A stretch of DNA of 64,000 nucleotides from Deltaproteobacteria bacterium. Lineage in GTDB: Bacteria; Myxococcota_A; UBA796; SXON01. This document shows positions 1 through 9,681 of the stretch, piece after piece (positions within the stretch are counted from its first letter, which is position 1; each line of letters begins with the position of its first letter). Below the pieces are notes generated by a model. The model was not told the DNA's origin, did no database searches, and saw only the letters and a list, made by a program, of their open reading frames with translations. A program made the translations under genes and the position numbers. The DNA is taken from contig CANFCK010000011.1 of NCBI GenBank assembly GCA_947445035.1, positions 81,567-145,566 on the forward strand, in the 5' to 3' direction.

Positions 1-3000
1 ACCGTGATCAACGGTGGTGTCGCCAGCTACTTTGGCTGGGCCGTCGACGGCGCGGGCGATGTCAACAATGACGGCTACGACGACGTCGTCGTCGGGGCCT
101 ACTACTTCTCCAGCTACAAGGGCCGGGCGTACGTCCTGCACGGTTCCAGCACCGGCCTTTCCGGCACGCCGACGACCACGCTGACCGGCGGCAGCAACGC
201 CTACTACATGGGTTTTGACGTAGCCGGCGCGGGCGACGTCAACAATGACGGCTACGCCGACATCATCGTCAGCATGTATGGCTACAACTCCCTGGCTGGG
301 CGTGCCCAGGTCTTCCACGGCTCGTCCACGGGTGTGGATACCACCGTGGACACCAACCTCGACGGCGCCACCGCGGCCTACGAGTTCGGCGTTGCGGTCG
401 ATGGCGATGTGGACGTCAACGACGACGGCTACAGCGACGTGATCGTGGGCGAGCGCAAGTACAGCACCAATGTGGGCCGTGCCTACGTCTACCCGGGCTC
501 CGCGTCCGGCATCTCCACCACCGCCGACACGACGTTCGCTGGCACCTCGGGCTCGCAGTTCGGGCGCGCCGTCGCCGGCCTCGGCGACGTCAACGGGGAC
601 GGCTACGGCGACGTGGGCGTCGGCGGCAGTGCGCTGACCAGCTCGACGGGGCGGGCCTGGGTCTTCCACGGCTACGTCGACGAAGACGGCGACGGCTACG
701 TGGTCGGCGGCAACGGCACCGATGAAGACTGCGACGACTCCGACGCCACCATCAACCCCGGCGCCACGGAGGTCACCGGCGACGGCATCGACAGCGACTG
801 TGACGGCGCTGAAACCTGCTACGTCGACGCGGACGACGACGGCTACCGGCTCTCGACCACCGTCACCTCCGCGGACGGGGACTGCTCCGACAGCGGCGAA
901 GCGCTCTCCAGCGCGCCGACCGGCGATTGCGACGACACCGACGCCACCGCAAATCCGGGCGAAACCGAGACCATCGCCGACGGGGTGGACAACGATTGCG
1001 ACGGCAACGAAACCTGCTACGTCGATGCCGACAACGACGGCTACCGCACCAGCAGCACGGTCACCGCGACCGACGGCGACTGTGCCGACTCCGGCGAGGC
1101 GCTGGCGTCCGACCCCGACAGCGACTGCAACGACGTGCTCAGCAGCATCAACCCGGGCAAGACCGAGGTCACCGGCAACAACTACGACGAGAACTGCGAC
1201 GGCAGCGCCACCTGCTACGTCGATGGCGACAACGACAACTACCGCACCACGAGCACCGTCGTCTCGACCGACGGCGACTGTCGCGACTCGGGCGAAGCCC
1301 TCGCCTTCGACACCTCGGGGGACTGCAACGACGTCGACGCGACCATCAACCCCGGTGCCACCGAGATCTGCGACGCGTCCGACACCGACGAAGACTGCGA
1401 CAGCTTGGCGGACGATGCCGACAGCAGCGTGAGCGCCGCGACCAAGACCACCTACTATGTGGATGACGACGGCGACACCTATGGCGATGCCGCCAGCACC
1501 ACGTTGGCGTGTGATCCGGTGGCGGGTGCGACAACGGACAGCACCGACTGCGACGACACCGCCGCGGGCGTCAACCCTGGCGCCACGGAAGTCTGCGACG
1601 GCGCCGACACCGACGAAGACTGCGACGGGTTTGCCGACGATGACGACAGCTCGGTCAGCGGGGGCTCGGTCTGGTACGCCGACAGCGACGGGGACAACTA
1701 CGGCGACGCTGGTAGCATGGTAGCCTCTTGCGACGGCGTGCCCGGGTACGTGGGCGACGCGACCGACTGTGACGACGGCGCCTCGGGCGTGAACCCCGGC
1801 GCCGCCGAAGCGGTCGGTGACGAGGTCGACAGCGACTGCGATGGCGGCGAAGATTGCTACAACGACAACGACGCCGACGCCTACAGCACCTCCGACGTGG
1901 TCGCCTCTGCCGACAGCGACTGCGGCGACGCCGGTGAGGCGAATGCCTCGGCAAGCGGCGGCGACTGTGACGACAATGACGCAAGCGTCAATCCGGGGGC
2001 CTCGGAGCTGCAAGGCGACGAGATCGACGGCAACTGTGACGGCAGCGAGGACTGCTACACCGACGCCGACAGCGACGGCTACTCCAGCGACGATGGCGCC
2101 ATCAACACCTCCAGGGACGCCGACTGCACCGACGTGGGCGAGGCCACGGGCGCAGCGCCGGGCGGGGATTGCGACGACTTCGACTCGCTTTACAATCCCG
2201 GCGCCAGCGAAACCTGCGACGATCCCAACGACTACAACTGCGACGGGACCGTTGCCTACCTCGACAACGACGGCGACGGCGCTGCGGCGTGCGAAGACTG
2301 TGACGACGGCAACTCTGCCGCGTACCCGGGTGCGATCGAGGTCGTCGCCAACGAGGTCGACGAGAACTGCGACGGCGGCGAAGATTGCTACATCGATGGG
2401 GATGCCGACGGCACCCGCGTGGATGACACGACCGTGGCGTCGGTCGATGCCGACTGCGACGACGCCGGCGAGACCAACCAGGACGGCCTCTCCGGGGACT
2501 GCAACGATGCCGACGCCGCCTACTTCCCTGGGGCTGTCGAGGCCGATTGCCTGGACCCGAACGACTACAACTGCGACGGCTCCGTTGGGTACGCCGACCA
2601 GGACGGCGACACCTTTGCCGCGTGCGAAGAGTGCGACGATCTCAATGCGCTCATCAACCCGAATGGGACCGAGGTCTGCAACGATCTCGACGACAACTGC
2701 AACGGCGAGGTCGATGACGACGCGGTCGATGCGAGTACGTGGTACGCAGACGCGGACGGCGACAGCTACGGAAACGAAGCGGTCATCACCGCCAGTTGCG
2801 ACCAGCCCGACAACTTCGTGGTCGACTCTACCGACTGCGACGACGCCGACGGCACCCGCAATCCCGGCGGGACCGAGGTGGCCAACGATGGCATCGACCA
2901 GGACTGTGACGGCGAGGACCTGATCGACACCGGGGACACGGGCGACACCGGGGACACCGGCGACACGTCCGACACGGCGCCAGACAGCGGCGACACCGAC

Positions 3001-3150
3001 ACCGGGACGCCGGGTGACACCGACACCGACACCGACGTGGCCGGCGGCGGGGGTTGCGCATGCGACACGTCCACGCCGGGGACGGCCGCCGCTGGTGTCG
3101 GACTGGCGGTCGCCGTGCTTACCGTCGCTCGCCGTCGCCGCCGCGCGTAG
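1..3150 (+). CDS. FG-GAP repeat / MopE-like metal-binding-motif surface protein with MYXO-CTERM-like tail (5' partial)
   Basis: Frame-1 ORF is open from the window edge. Four FG-GAP motifs (FGxAVxGAGDVNxDGYxDxxVG), then 12 copies of the NPGAxExxxDxxDxDCDG module. A DTGDTGDT acidic linker follows. C-terminus is GGGGCAC + hydrophobic helix + RRRRRA. Confidence 0.8.
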   Translation, partial: TVINGGVASYFGWAVDGAGDVNNDGYDDVVVGAYYFSSYKGRAYVLHGSSTGLSGTPTTTLTGGSNAYYMGFDVAGAGDVNNDGYADIIVSMYGYNSLAGRAQVFHGSSTGVDTTVDTNLDGATAAYEFGVAVDGDVDVNDDGYSDVIVGERKYSTNVGRAYVYPGSASGISTTADTTFAGTSGSQFGRAVAGLGDVNGDGYGDVGVGGSALTSSTGRAWVFHGYVDEDGDGYVVGGNGTDEDCDDSDATINPGATEVTGDGIDSDCDGAETCYVDADDDGYRLSTTVTSADGDCSDSGEALSSAPTGDCDDTDATANPGETETIADGVDNDCDGNETCYVDADNDGYRTSSTVTATDGDCADSGEALASDPDSDCNDVLSSINPGKTEVTGNNYDENCDGSATCYVDGDNDNYRTTSTVVSTDGDCRDSGEALAFDTSGDCNDVDATINPGATEICDASDTDEDCDSLADDADSSVSAATKTTYYVDDDGDTYGDAASTTLACDPVAGATTDSTDCDDTAAGVNPGATEVCDGADTDEDCDGFADDDDSSVSGGSVWYADSDGDNYGDAGSMVASCDGVPGYVGDATDCDDGASGVNPGAAEAVGDEVDSDCDGGEDCYNDNDADAYSTSDVVASADSDCGDAGEANASASGGDCDDNDASVNPGASELQGDEIDGNCDGSEDCYTDADSDGYSSDDGAINTSRDADCTDVGEATGAAPGGDCDDFDSLYNPGASETCDDPNDYNCDGTVAYLDNDGDGAAACEDCDDGNSAAYPGAIEVVANEVDENCDGGEDCYIDGDADGTRVDDTTVASVDADCDDAGETNQDGLSGDCNDADAAYFPGAVEADCLDPNDYNCDGSVGYADQDGDTFAACEECDDLNALINPNGTEVCNDLDDNCNGEVDDDAVDASTWYADADGDSYGNEAVITASCDQPDNFVVDSTDCDDADGTRNPGGTEVANDGIDQDCDGEDLIDTGDTGDTGDTGDTSDTAPDSGDTDTGTPGDTDTDTDVAGGGGCACDTSTPGTAAAGVGLAVAVLTVARRRRRA
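2926..3036 (+). repeat. In-frame 9-nt periodic GACACSGGN repeats encoding (DTG)n / DT-rich linker
   Basis: gacaccggg gacacgggc gacaccggg gacaccggc gacacgtcc gacacggcg, then further gacacc units, read directly. Confidence 0.8.
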
Positions 3151-3185
3151 GCCGCGTTCGTCGTCCCGCGCGTTAGCCGTCGGCG

Positions 3186-5105
3186 GTGACCGCTACCCAC
3201 GCCCGTTTCCTCCCAATGACCCAAGAGGAGGCGGGCGGGCAGCTCGACGTCGTCCTCGTCACCGGGGACGCCTACGTCGATCACAACACCTTCGGCACCG
3301 CGCTGGTGGGCCGTTGGTTGGAGGCGCATGGGTACTCCGTCGGCGTCATCTCTCAGCCGGACTGGGACAATCCTGAGTCATTCCGGGTCCTTGGCCGACC
3401 GAAGTTGTTCTTCGGGGTGAGCGCGGGACAGATGGACTCGATGGTCAACCACTACACGGCGTCGCGGCGGGTGCGCAATGACGACGCGTACAGTCCTGGC
3501 GGTGAGGCTGGCCGCCGCCCCGATCGGGCGTGCATCGCCTACGCCAACCGCGCCAAGCAGGCCTATCCGGGCGTGCCGGTGGTGCTCGGCGGCGTCGAGG
3601 CGTCCCTGCGGCGCCTGGCCCACTACGACTACTGGCAGGACCGCATCCGGCGCAGCATCCTACTCGATGCCAAAGCGGACCTGTTGGTCTACGGCATGGG
3701 TGAGCTGGCGGTTGTAGAGCTGGCACGGCGGCTCGCCTCCGGGCTGACGATTGAATCCTGTCGCGACATTCCCGGGACCGCATGGGCGCTGGGAAAGAAG
3801 TCGGTCCGCCCGGAGATGAAGGTGGTCGAGGCGCCGAGCTTCGAGCAATGTGTGGCGGACGCCCCGTCGTTCAATCGCCTTACTCTTTTGATGTATCGAG
3901 AGTCCAACCCCTCCTGCGCGGAGGCGCTGGTTCAGGCGCACGGCGACCGCGCCATCTGGTGCAACCCGCCGGCCCGCTTGCTCACCACCGCCGAGCTCGA
4001 TCGGCTCTACGAGCTGCCCTACGCCAATGCCGCGCATCCGGCCTACCGCGCCCCCGTGCCCGCGTTCGAGAGCATCCGCGGCAGCATCACCATCAATCGG
4101 GGCTGTTCGGGCGGGTGCAGCTTCTGCGCGCTGACCTTGCATCAGGGCAAAGACGTCGTGAGTCGCAGCGCGTCGAGCGTGGTGCGCGAGGTCAAGGGGC
4201 TGGTCCAGCAGCCAGGGTTCAACGGGGTCATCTCCGATATGGGAGGCCCGACGGCAAACATGTTCCACATGCAGTGCAACGACGCGGCCGCAAACGCGGT
4301 GTGTCGTCGCGTGTCGTGTCTGCATCCGGTGCGGTGCAAACACTACGGCACGGATCATGCCCCGTTCGTTGCGCTTTTGCGTGAGGTTCGGACCACGCCC
4401 GGCGTGAAGCGAGTCTTCGTCAATTCGGGTCTGCGTTATGACCTCGCCGCCCTCGATGACACCGTGGTGGAGGAGATCGCAGCGCATCACGTGTCCGGAT
4501 CGCTTACGACGGCTCCCGAGCATGTTTCCCCGCGCGCGCTCCACCATATGCGCAAGCCTGAGGTCACTCATTTCGCGGACTTCATGAAACGGTTCCGCGT
4601 GGCCTCGGAAAAGGCCGGGAAGACCCAGTTCATCGTGCCGTACTTCCAGTGTGGGCACCCCGGCAGCGGGCCGGAGGAAACCATCGAGCTGGCCTTCTAC
4701 ATGAAGAAGAACAACCTACGTTGTCGGCAGGTGCAGCTTTTCATGCCCACGCCCGGCACCATCAGCACTGCGATGTACGTGACCGGCCTGGACCCGTACA
4801 CCAAGACTCCGGTGTACGTTGCCCGCGGGCACAAAGAACGAGCGCGCCAGCGGGCGATGCTTTTCTGGTGGAAGCAGGAACAATGGCCGGCGATCCGGGA
4901 GGCGCTTTTTGCCTGGCACCGGTCCGATCTTGTCGGGCACGGCCCCGGGTGTCTCGTGCCGCCGGGGCCGGCGCGCGGCGATTGGCAACGCGGCAACCGG
5001 CCGGTCGACGGTGGCGTCGGCGCGATGGGGATGAAAGTCGAGCGCGCTTCGGCAGAAGAGATCGACCAGGAACGGTGGGAGGGGTTGGCGGGGTCGTCGG
5101 CCTGA
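3186..5105 (+). CDS. ygiQ: YgiQ-family (UPF0313) radical SAM protein
   Basis: [40 protein letters not shown] matches the YgiQ N-terminal domain. CSGGCSFC is the CX3CX2C cluster motif. Start is GTG 3186 or ATG 3216. Confidence 0.9.
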   Translation: MTATHARFLPMTQEEAGGQLDVVLVTGDAYVDHNTFGTALVGRWLEAHGYSVGVISQPDWDNPESFRVLGRPKLFFGVSAGQMDSMVNHYTASRRVRNDDAYSPGGEAGRRPDRACIAYANRAKQAYPGVPVVLGGVEASLRRLAHYDYWQDRIRRSILLDAKADLLVYGMGELAVVELARRLASGLTIESCRDIPGTAWALGKKSVRPEMKVVEAPSFEQCVADAPSFNRLTLLMYRESNPSCAEALVQAHGDRAIWCNPPARLLTTAELDRLYELPYANAAHPAYRAPVPAFESIRGSITINRGCSGGCSFCALTLHQGKDVVSRSASSVVREVKGLVQQPGFNGVISDMGGPTANMFHMQCNDAAANAVCRRVSCLHPVRCKHYGTDHAPFVALLREVRTTPGVKRVFVNSGLRYDLAALDDTVVEEIAAHHVSGSLTTAPEHVSPRALHHMRKPEVTHFADFMKRFRVASEKAGKTQFIVPYFQCGHPGSGPEETIELAFYMKKNNLRCRQVQLFMPTPGTISTAMYVTGLDPYTKTPVYVARGHKERARQRAMLFWWKQEQWPAIREALFAWHRSDLVGHGPGCLVPPGPARGDWQRGNRPVDGGVGAMGMKVERASAEEIDQERWEGLAGSSA

Positions 5106-6064
5106 TGCGGGTGCTGCACGTCGATCCGGCAACGGGCTGGCGCGGCGGGCAGGCTCAGCTGGCGTCGCTCTTGCGGAGCCGTCCTGGCGACCTGTGGGCC
5201 GGCGCCGAAGCGGGCCACCTGGCCGAACGGTTGGGGCGGCGGCCGGACGTCCCCTTGGTTCCGGACGTCGGCGGGCTCAACGCGCTCCGGGTGCGGGCGG
5301 CGGCCGCGCGCCTGGCTGCTGACCTCGTGGCCGCGCACAGCTCGCACGCGCACGACGCCAGCCTGCTGACCCGCACCCCCCTCGTCGTCCATCGTCGTAA
5401 CCACCGTATGCCTGGGAACGTCTGGAAGTATGCTGTGGCCAGGGTCACCGTGGCGGTGAGCGACTGGGTGGCGTCGAGGTGTCGTGCGGCTGGTGTTCCG
5501 CGCGTCGTGATCGTGCACGATGGTGCCGATGGCGTCTTTCTGGGCCAGCGTCGCCCCGAAGGGCCGCCCGTCTACCTCGTCGCCGCCGCCCTGGTGCCCC
5601 ACAAGGGCCACGCCCAGCTCCTGGACGCATTTCGCGGTGTGGAGGGCGAGCTGCTGATTGCGGGAACGGGCCCCCTCGAGCGCGAGCTGCGGGCGCAGGC
5701 CGCGCCCCTCGGCGGGCGGGTCAGCTTTCTCGGGCACGTGGCCGACGTCGCGGCGCTCTTTCCGGCGGTGGATGTGCTGGTGCTCCCCTCGGTCGAGGAG
5801 GCGGCTGGCAGCGTGCTCATCGAAGGGATGGCCGCCGGGTTGGCGGTGGTGGCCAGCAGGGTGGGGGGCATTCCGGAGCTGGTGGGCGAGGTCGGTGCGC
5901 TGGTGACCCCGGGAGACCGCCTCGGCTGGGTCGCCGCCTTGCGGACGGCGCCGGGGACGGGCGGCCTGGCCGCGGTCGCGCGGGCGGGCCGATTCTCCGT
6001 CGCGGAGATGGTTCGCCGCACCGAGGCCATCTACCGCGAGGCGCTCACCGACTCCGTTCGATGA
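5105..6064 (+). CDS. Glycosyltransferase family 4 (group 1)
   Basis: ATG at 5105 overlaps the ygiQ TGA by 1 nt. MRVLHVD start. C-terminal EX7E-type motif VEEAAGSVLIEGMAAGLAVVAS..GGIPE. Confidence 0.8.
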   Translation: MRVLHVDPATGWRGGQAQLASLLRSRPGDLWAGAEAGHLAERLGRRPDVPLVPDVGGLNALRVRAAAARLAADLVAAHSSHAHDASLLTRTPLVVHRRNHRMPGNVWKYAVARVTVAVSDWVASRCRAAGVPRVVIVHDGADGVFLGQRRPEGPPVYLVAAALVPHKGHAQLLDAFRGVEGELLIAGTGPLERELRAQAAPLGGRVSFLGHVADVAALFPAVDVLVLPSVEEAAGSVLIEGMAAGLAVVASRVGGIPELVGEVGALVTPGDRLGWVAALRTAPGTGGLAAVARAGRFSVAEMVRRTEAIYREALTDSVR

Positions 6065-7988
6065 CGATCCCGGTGATCCGGTCTTCGATGTCGATGGCCC
6101 GGGCCACCCGAAGGCCCGAAATCAGCCTGCCGAAGACGGTGAAGCCGAAGTCGAGATGCGGCTGGGGCGCGGTGGTCACGAACCACTGACTGCCGCCGGT
6201 GTCCGGCCCGGAAAGGGCCATGCCTACGGCGCCTGCGCTGTAGGGCTCGGCCGAAAGCTCATCGGGGATTTCGAACCCGGGGCCCCCCCACCCATCGCCC
6301 CGCGGATCGCCAGTCTGCACCACGAAGTCGGGCACGACCCGATGGAAGCTGATCCCGTCGAAGTACCCGGCTTCGGCGAGGGTCACGAAGTTCCACACGG
6401 TCAACGGCGCGACGGTGGACAAGAGCGCGATCCTGAGTTCACCTTCGCTCGTGAGGACACGGGCGCCCTTGACCCGGGCCACCTCGGCGAGTCCTGGCAG
6501 CGCTCGCGTGGGGTGGAGGGCGCGCGGGAGAGGGATTCCTGCCGTCTTGGCGAGGCGTGCCGCAGCGGTGGCCACTTCCGGCAGCGCCAACCACGGCGTC
6601 ATCGCCTTGCGCGTGTCGGCCTTCGGGGGTGGGAGCCGCCCGGTGGCGTACAACGCATCCAAGGCGCGGATCACGCTCGCAGCCGAGGCGCGGTCGATGC
6701 CCCAGCGACGAAGGGTCGCGACCAGGGGTGCCTCCAGCACCGGGTCGGGGTGCTCCATCGCGGCCTGCGCCGCGGCCTGAACCAAAACCATGTCCGTGGC
6801 CGAGAGCAGCTCGGTGATTTCGGCGACCCGTGGAGGGGTGTCGCCCGCCAGGAGCGCGCCCGCAGCGGCGCTTCGGAGGCGAGGGTCGGTGTGGTTCAGG
6901 GCGAGCCGCAGGAGCGCCGGGCGCTCACCCACCGACTCGACCGCGGCGATGCGCACCGCGAGTGGCCAACTTTCTCCCTGGAACTCCGCCAACGCCGCGG
7001 GGAGCTCCCGCCGTGCCGATAGCGAGCGGAGCGCCGCGGCACGCTCCGCTGCGGTGCCCTTGGTGAGCGCGTTCTGAACCGGGTCGAGCTCGGCCCACGC
7101 GCACGAACCCGCGGCGCCCAGCGCCTCCGCGCGCACGCCCACGTCGACGTCGGCGTAGCGCAACGCCAACGCGGCTGGGTCGCAGCCGTGCTTGGGCATG
7201 GCTCGGACCGCAGCGAGCCGCACCGGGGCGGCCTCGTCGACCGAGGCCGCGGCCAGGAATGCCTTGTCGGACAAAAGGGGCGCTGCGCCTCGGATCAACC
7301 ACGCCCGCACGCGCGGGTCACCGTCTTGTAGGGCTCGGGCGCGCAATCGGCTGAGCAGCTGCGGCGGCGGGGGGGCGAAGCTCGTGCGGGAGATCGCCCA
7401 GGCGGCCGCCTGGGCGGCTTCGCGGCCCAGGCGCAGCTCGGCCCGCCCGAAACGCAGCAGCGGAGCCTCGACGACGTCCAGCAACGCCTTCAGAATCGGC
7501 GCCGCGCCGATCCCATCGACCCGTCGGACCCCCATTCGCCCCAGCGCGCCGGCCGCCTCGCCATCCAGGGGCGACTGCAGGGCCGCGATGAGGGTCTGGA
7601 TGTCCTCGGGGCCGCCAACGCGACCGAGGGCCACCAGGAGCGCGGCGCGGGTGTCCCGATCGGCCTCGTCGCGAAGGCGACCCCTCACAATCGCGGCGGT
7701 GTCCGTGCCGTAGCCGAGCGCCTCCGCCGCCGCGCGGCGCACGCGGACGTCGGTATCGGCTGAGGGCCCAGCCAAGAGCGCGCCTGACGCCCGCAGGCGG
7801 CCTGCGGCGATGGCCGCCCGACGGCGAACCGCCGGGTTGGGATCCGCACACAGCGGGGTCAGCGCCTCTGCCGGCATCCGCCGCACCTCGATCTGCCAGA
7901 TCATCTCCGCGCTGGCCAGCGGCACGCCATCGAAGTGCTGCGTGTCGGCGGCCAGGGCCAGCGTCACGAGGAGGTGCAAAAGGGCCAC
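6045..7988 (-). CDS. Secreted HEAT-repeat protein fused to cyclophilin-type peptidyl-prolyl isomerase
   Basis: Signal-like MALLHLLVTLALAA. Repeated PxVRxxAAxALG HEAT-like units. C-terminal FHRVVPDFVVQTGDPRGDGWGGPGF...GGSQWFVT cyclophilin signature. Confidence 0.8.
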   Translation of the reverse strand: MALLHLLVTLALAADTQHFDGVPLASAEMIWQIEVRRMPAEALTPLCADPNPAVRRRAAIAAGRLRASGALLAGPSADTDVRVRRAAAEALGYGTDTAAIVRGRLRDEADRDTRAALLVALGRVGGPEDIQTLIAALQSPLDGEAAGALGRMGVRRVDGIGAAPILKALLDVVEAPLLRFGRAELRLGREAAQAAAWAISRTSFAPPPPQLLSRLRARALQDGDPRVRAWLIRGAAPLLSDKAFLAAASVDEAAPVRLAAVRAMPKHGCDPAALALRYADVDVGVRAEALGAAGSCAWAELDPVQNALTKGTAAERAAALRSLSARRELPAALAEFQGESWPLAVRIAAVESVGERPALLRLALNHTDPRLRSAAAGALLAGDTPPRVAEITELLSATDMVLVQAAAQAAMEHPDPVLEAPLVATLRRWGIDRASAASVIRALDALYATGRLPPPKADTRKAMTPWLALPEVATAAARLAKTAGIPLPRALHPTRALPGLAEVARVKGARVLTSEGELRIALLSTVAPLTVWNFVTLAEAGYFDGISFHRVVPDFVVQTGDPRGDGWGGPGFEIPDELSAEPYSAGAVGMALSGPDTGGSQWFVTTAPQPHLDFGFTVFGRLISGLRVARAIDIEDRITGIVIERSR

Positions 7989-8080
7989 GTCCGGCGTACG
8001 TCACCCGGATGCGTGATCCCGGCAAGGAAGCCGACCCTGTCGGCAGCGTGCTGGCCCTCCAGTCGCGCGGCGACATCAAG

Positions 8081-8548
8081 ATGGCGGGCGAATGGCTGGA
8101 CGGCGCGGGCCGGGCGCGTCGGCAGGAGCTCGTTGCTCGCGCCATGGCGCTGGGTGCGGCCTTTCCGGAAGACTGGGCGGAGATGGAAGGTCGGCGCCTG
8201 CTGAAGTTGGCGATGGCCAGGGCAGACGGCGCGCAGGTCCGGACCAATCCCATCCCCCGGGACGAGAGTTTTGTCTGCGTTGCCTGTGGGCGTGACGTTC
8301 CCAAGGGGGGGCGGCGACCGCGTGACCACTGCCCCCACTGCTTGCATTCCGTGCACGTGGACGTCGTGCCGGGGGACCGGGCCGCCGACTGCGCCGGGCT
8401 TTTGGTGCCGGTGGCCATCGTCGCCTCTGGAAAAGGCGCGATGATCGAGTACCGCTGTGCCCGCTGCGGGGCCGCGCGTCGCAACCGCGTGCTCGATGAC
8501 CTGGCCGTTCCCGACGATCCGGCCGCGCTCCGGGGACTGGCACGATAG
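8081..8548 (+). CDS. RNHCP domain protein (Cys-rich zinc-ribbon-like)
   Basis: FVCVACG...RPRDHCPHCLHSVH...YRCARCG motifs. ATG 8081 preferred over the upstream 8009 start (uncertain). Confidence 0.6.
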   Translation: MAGEWLDGAGRARRQELVARAMALGAAFPEDWAEMEGRRLLKLAMARADGAQVRTNPIPRDESFVCVACGRDVPKGGRRPRDHCPHCLHSVHVDVVPGDRAADCAGLLVPVAIVASGKGAMIEYRCARCGAARRNRVLDDLAVPDDPAALRGLAR

Positions 8549-8550
8549 GA

Positions 8551-9681
8551 TTGCGTATCGTGCGCGCGCGGCAGCTCTGGATCCTGGTGACGTTCCTCAT
8601 CCTCTTGGGGCTGGTCGCCTCTTCGCTCGACCGCTCGGGGCGGAAGCTCCGCGGTACCCGTCCCATCGACATGCCCGAGCTGGTGGCCCTGGTGGAGGCC
8701 GGGCGAGTGGACGCGATCGTGATGCGCGGCCAGGCGATCAAGGCGACCCTTGACGATGGGACGGCGGTCACGACGCTCGGGCCAGAGCGCTCCGACGCCT
8801 ACCTGCAATTGTTCAACGAGTACGGAATCATCCCCAGTTTCCAGCGGGCCGACGAACACTGGATTCAACTGGCCGGCGCGATTTTTCCGGCGCTGCTCCT
8901 CGCGGGGGTGATGCTCTTGGCCTTCGGGCTGCGGGCCGGTGGCGTACGGCCGACGATCTTCGGCCGCGCCCGCTTCCGGGCCGTTCCCGCCCCGCGTCGC
9001 GTCACCTTGGCCGACGTCGCGGCCGCGGCGGCCACCAAGGTCGAACTGGCAGAGCTGGTCGGCTTTCTGAAAGAGCCAGCCCGGCTGGCCAAGCTGGGCG
9101 GCCGGATTCCTCGTGCGGTGCTTCTGGTCGGGCCGCCGGGCGTGGGCAAGGCGCTCATGGCGCGCGCCGTGGCCGGTGAGGCGGGCGTTCCCTGGTTGCC
9201 GCTGCCCGCCACTGTGCCGATGGGTCGCGACGTGCTCGACTCGGTCCGGCGCCAGAATCGGCGGGCTCCCTGCGTGGTGTACATCGAGGACGTCGAGGTG
9301 CTCAACCGCCTCCCAACCGAGCTGGATGCGCTGCCGACGGACGACGGCGTGCTGATCATCGGCGCCACCCACCAGCCCGAACGACTCGATGCCTCGCTCT
9401 TCCGCGCCGGGCGCTTCGTTCGGACGATCACCATTGTCGCGCCCGACCTGCCCGAGCGGCTCGCAATCCTGGCGTTCTACGCCGAACACTGCCCGTTGGG
9501 CGCCGACGTGGACCTCGCCGCGATCGCCTCGGGCACCGACGGCCGCACCGCGACGGAGTTGGAGAACCTGGTGAATGAGGCGGCCTTGTCGGCTGGACGA
9601 AGCGACCGGGCCCACGTGGCGCAGGCGGACCTGCTGCATGCGCTGGCGCGAATCGCTCCGCATTCATCCGCGGGGGGGTGA
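8551..9681 (+). CDS. FtsH-like AAA+ membrane protein lacking the M41 protease domain, with degenerate ATPase motifs
   Basis: Two TM segments flank a periplasmic-type domain. Walker A is GPPGVGKA, Walker B-like is VVYIEDVE, SRH-like is ATHQPERLDASLFRAGRFVR. No HEXXH region. The protein stops at 376 aa. It sits at the ftsH position upstream of folP/glmM. Confidence 0.75.
   Translation: MRIVRARQLWILVTFLILLGLVASSLDRSGRKLRGTRPIDMPELVALVEAGRVDAIVMRGQAIKATLDDGTAVTTLGPERSDAYLQLFNEYGIIPSFQRADEHWIQLAGAIFPALLLAGVMLLAFGLRAGGVRPTIFGRARFRAVPAPRRVTLADVAAAAATKVELAELVGFLKEPARLAKLGGRIPRAVLLVGPPGVGKALMARAVAGEAGVPWLPLPATVPMGRDVLDSVRRQNRRAPCVVYIEDVEVLNRLPTELDALPTDDGVLIIGATHQPERLDASLFRAGRFVRTITIVAPDLPERLAILAFYAEHCPLGADVDLAAIASGTDGRTATELENLVNEAALSAGRSDRAHVAQADLLHALARIAPHSSAGG

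Noticed and set aside
7318-9663. 781-aa minus-strand ORF overlapping the PPIase, RNHCP and FtsH-like genes
   Set aside because: The translation is dominated by Arg/Pro/Gly runs with no motifs. It is antisense or off-frame to ORFs with clear family signatures. This is the typical long open frame of very GC-rich DNA.
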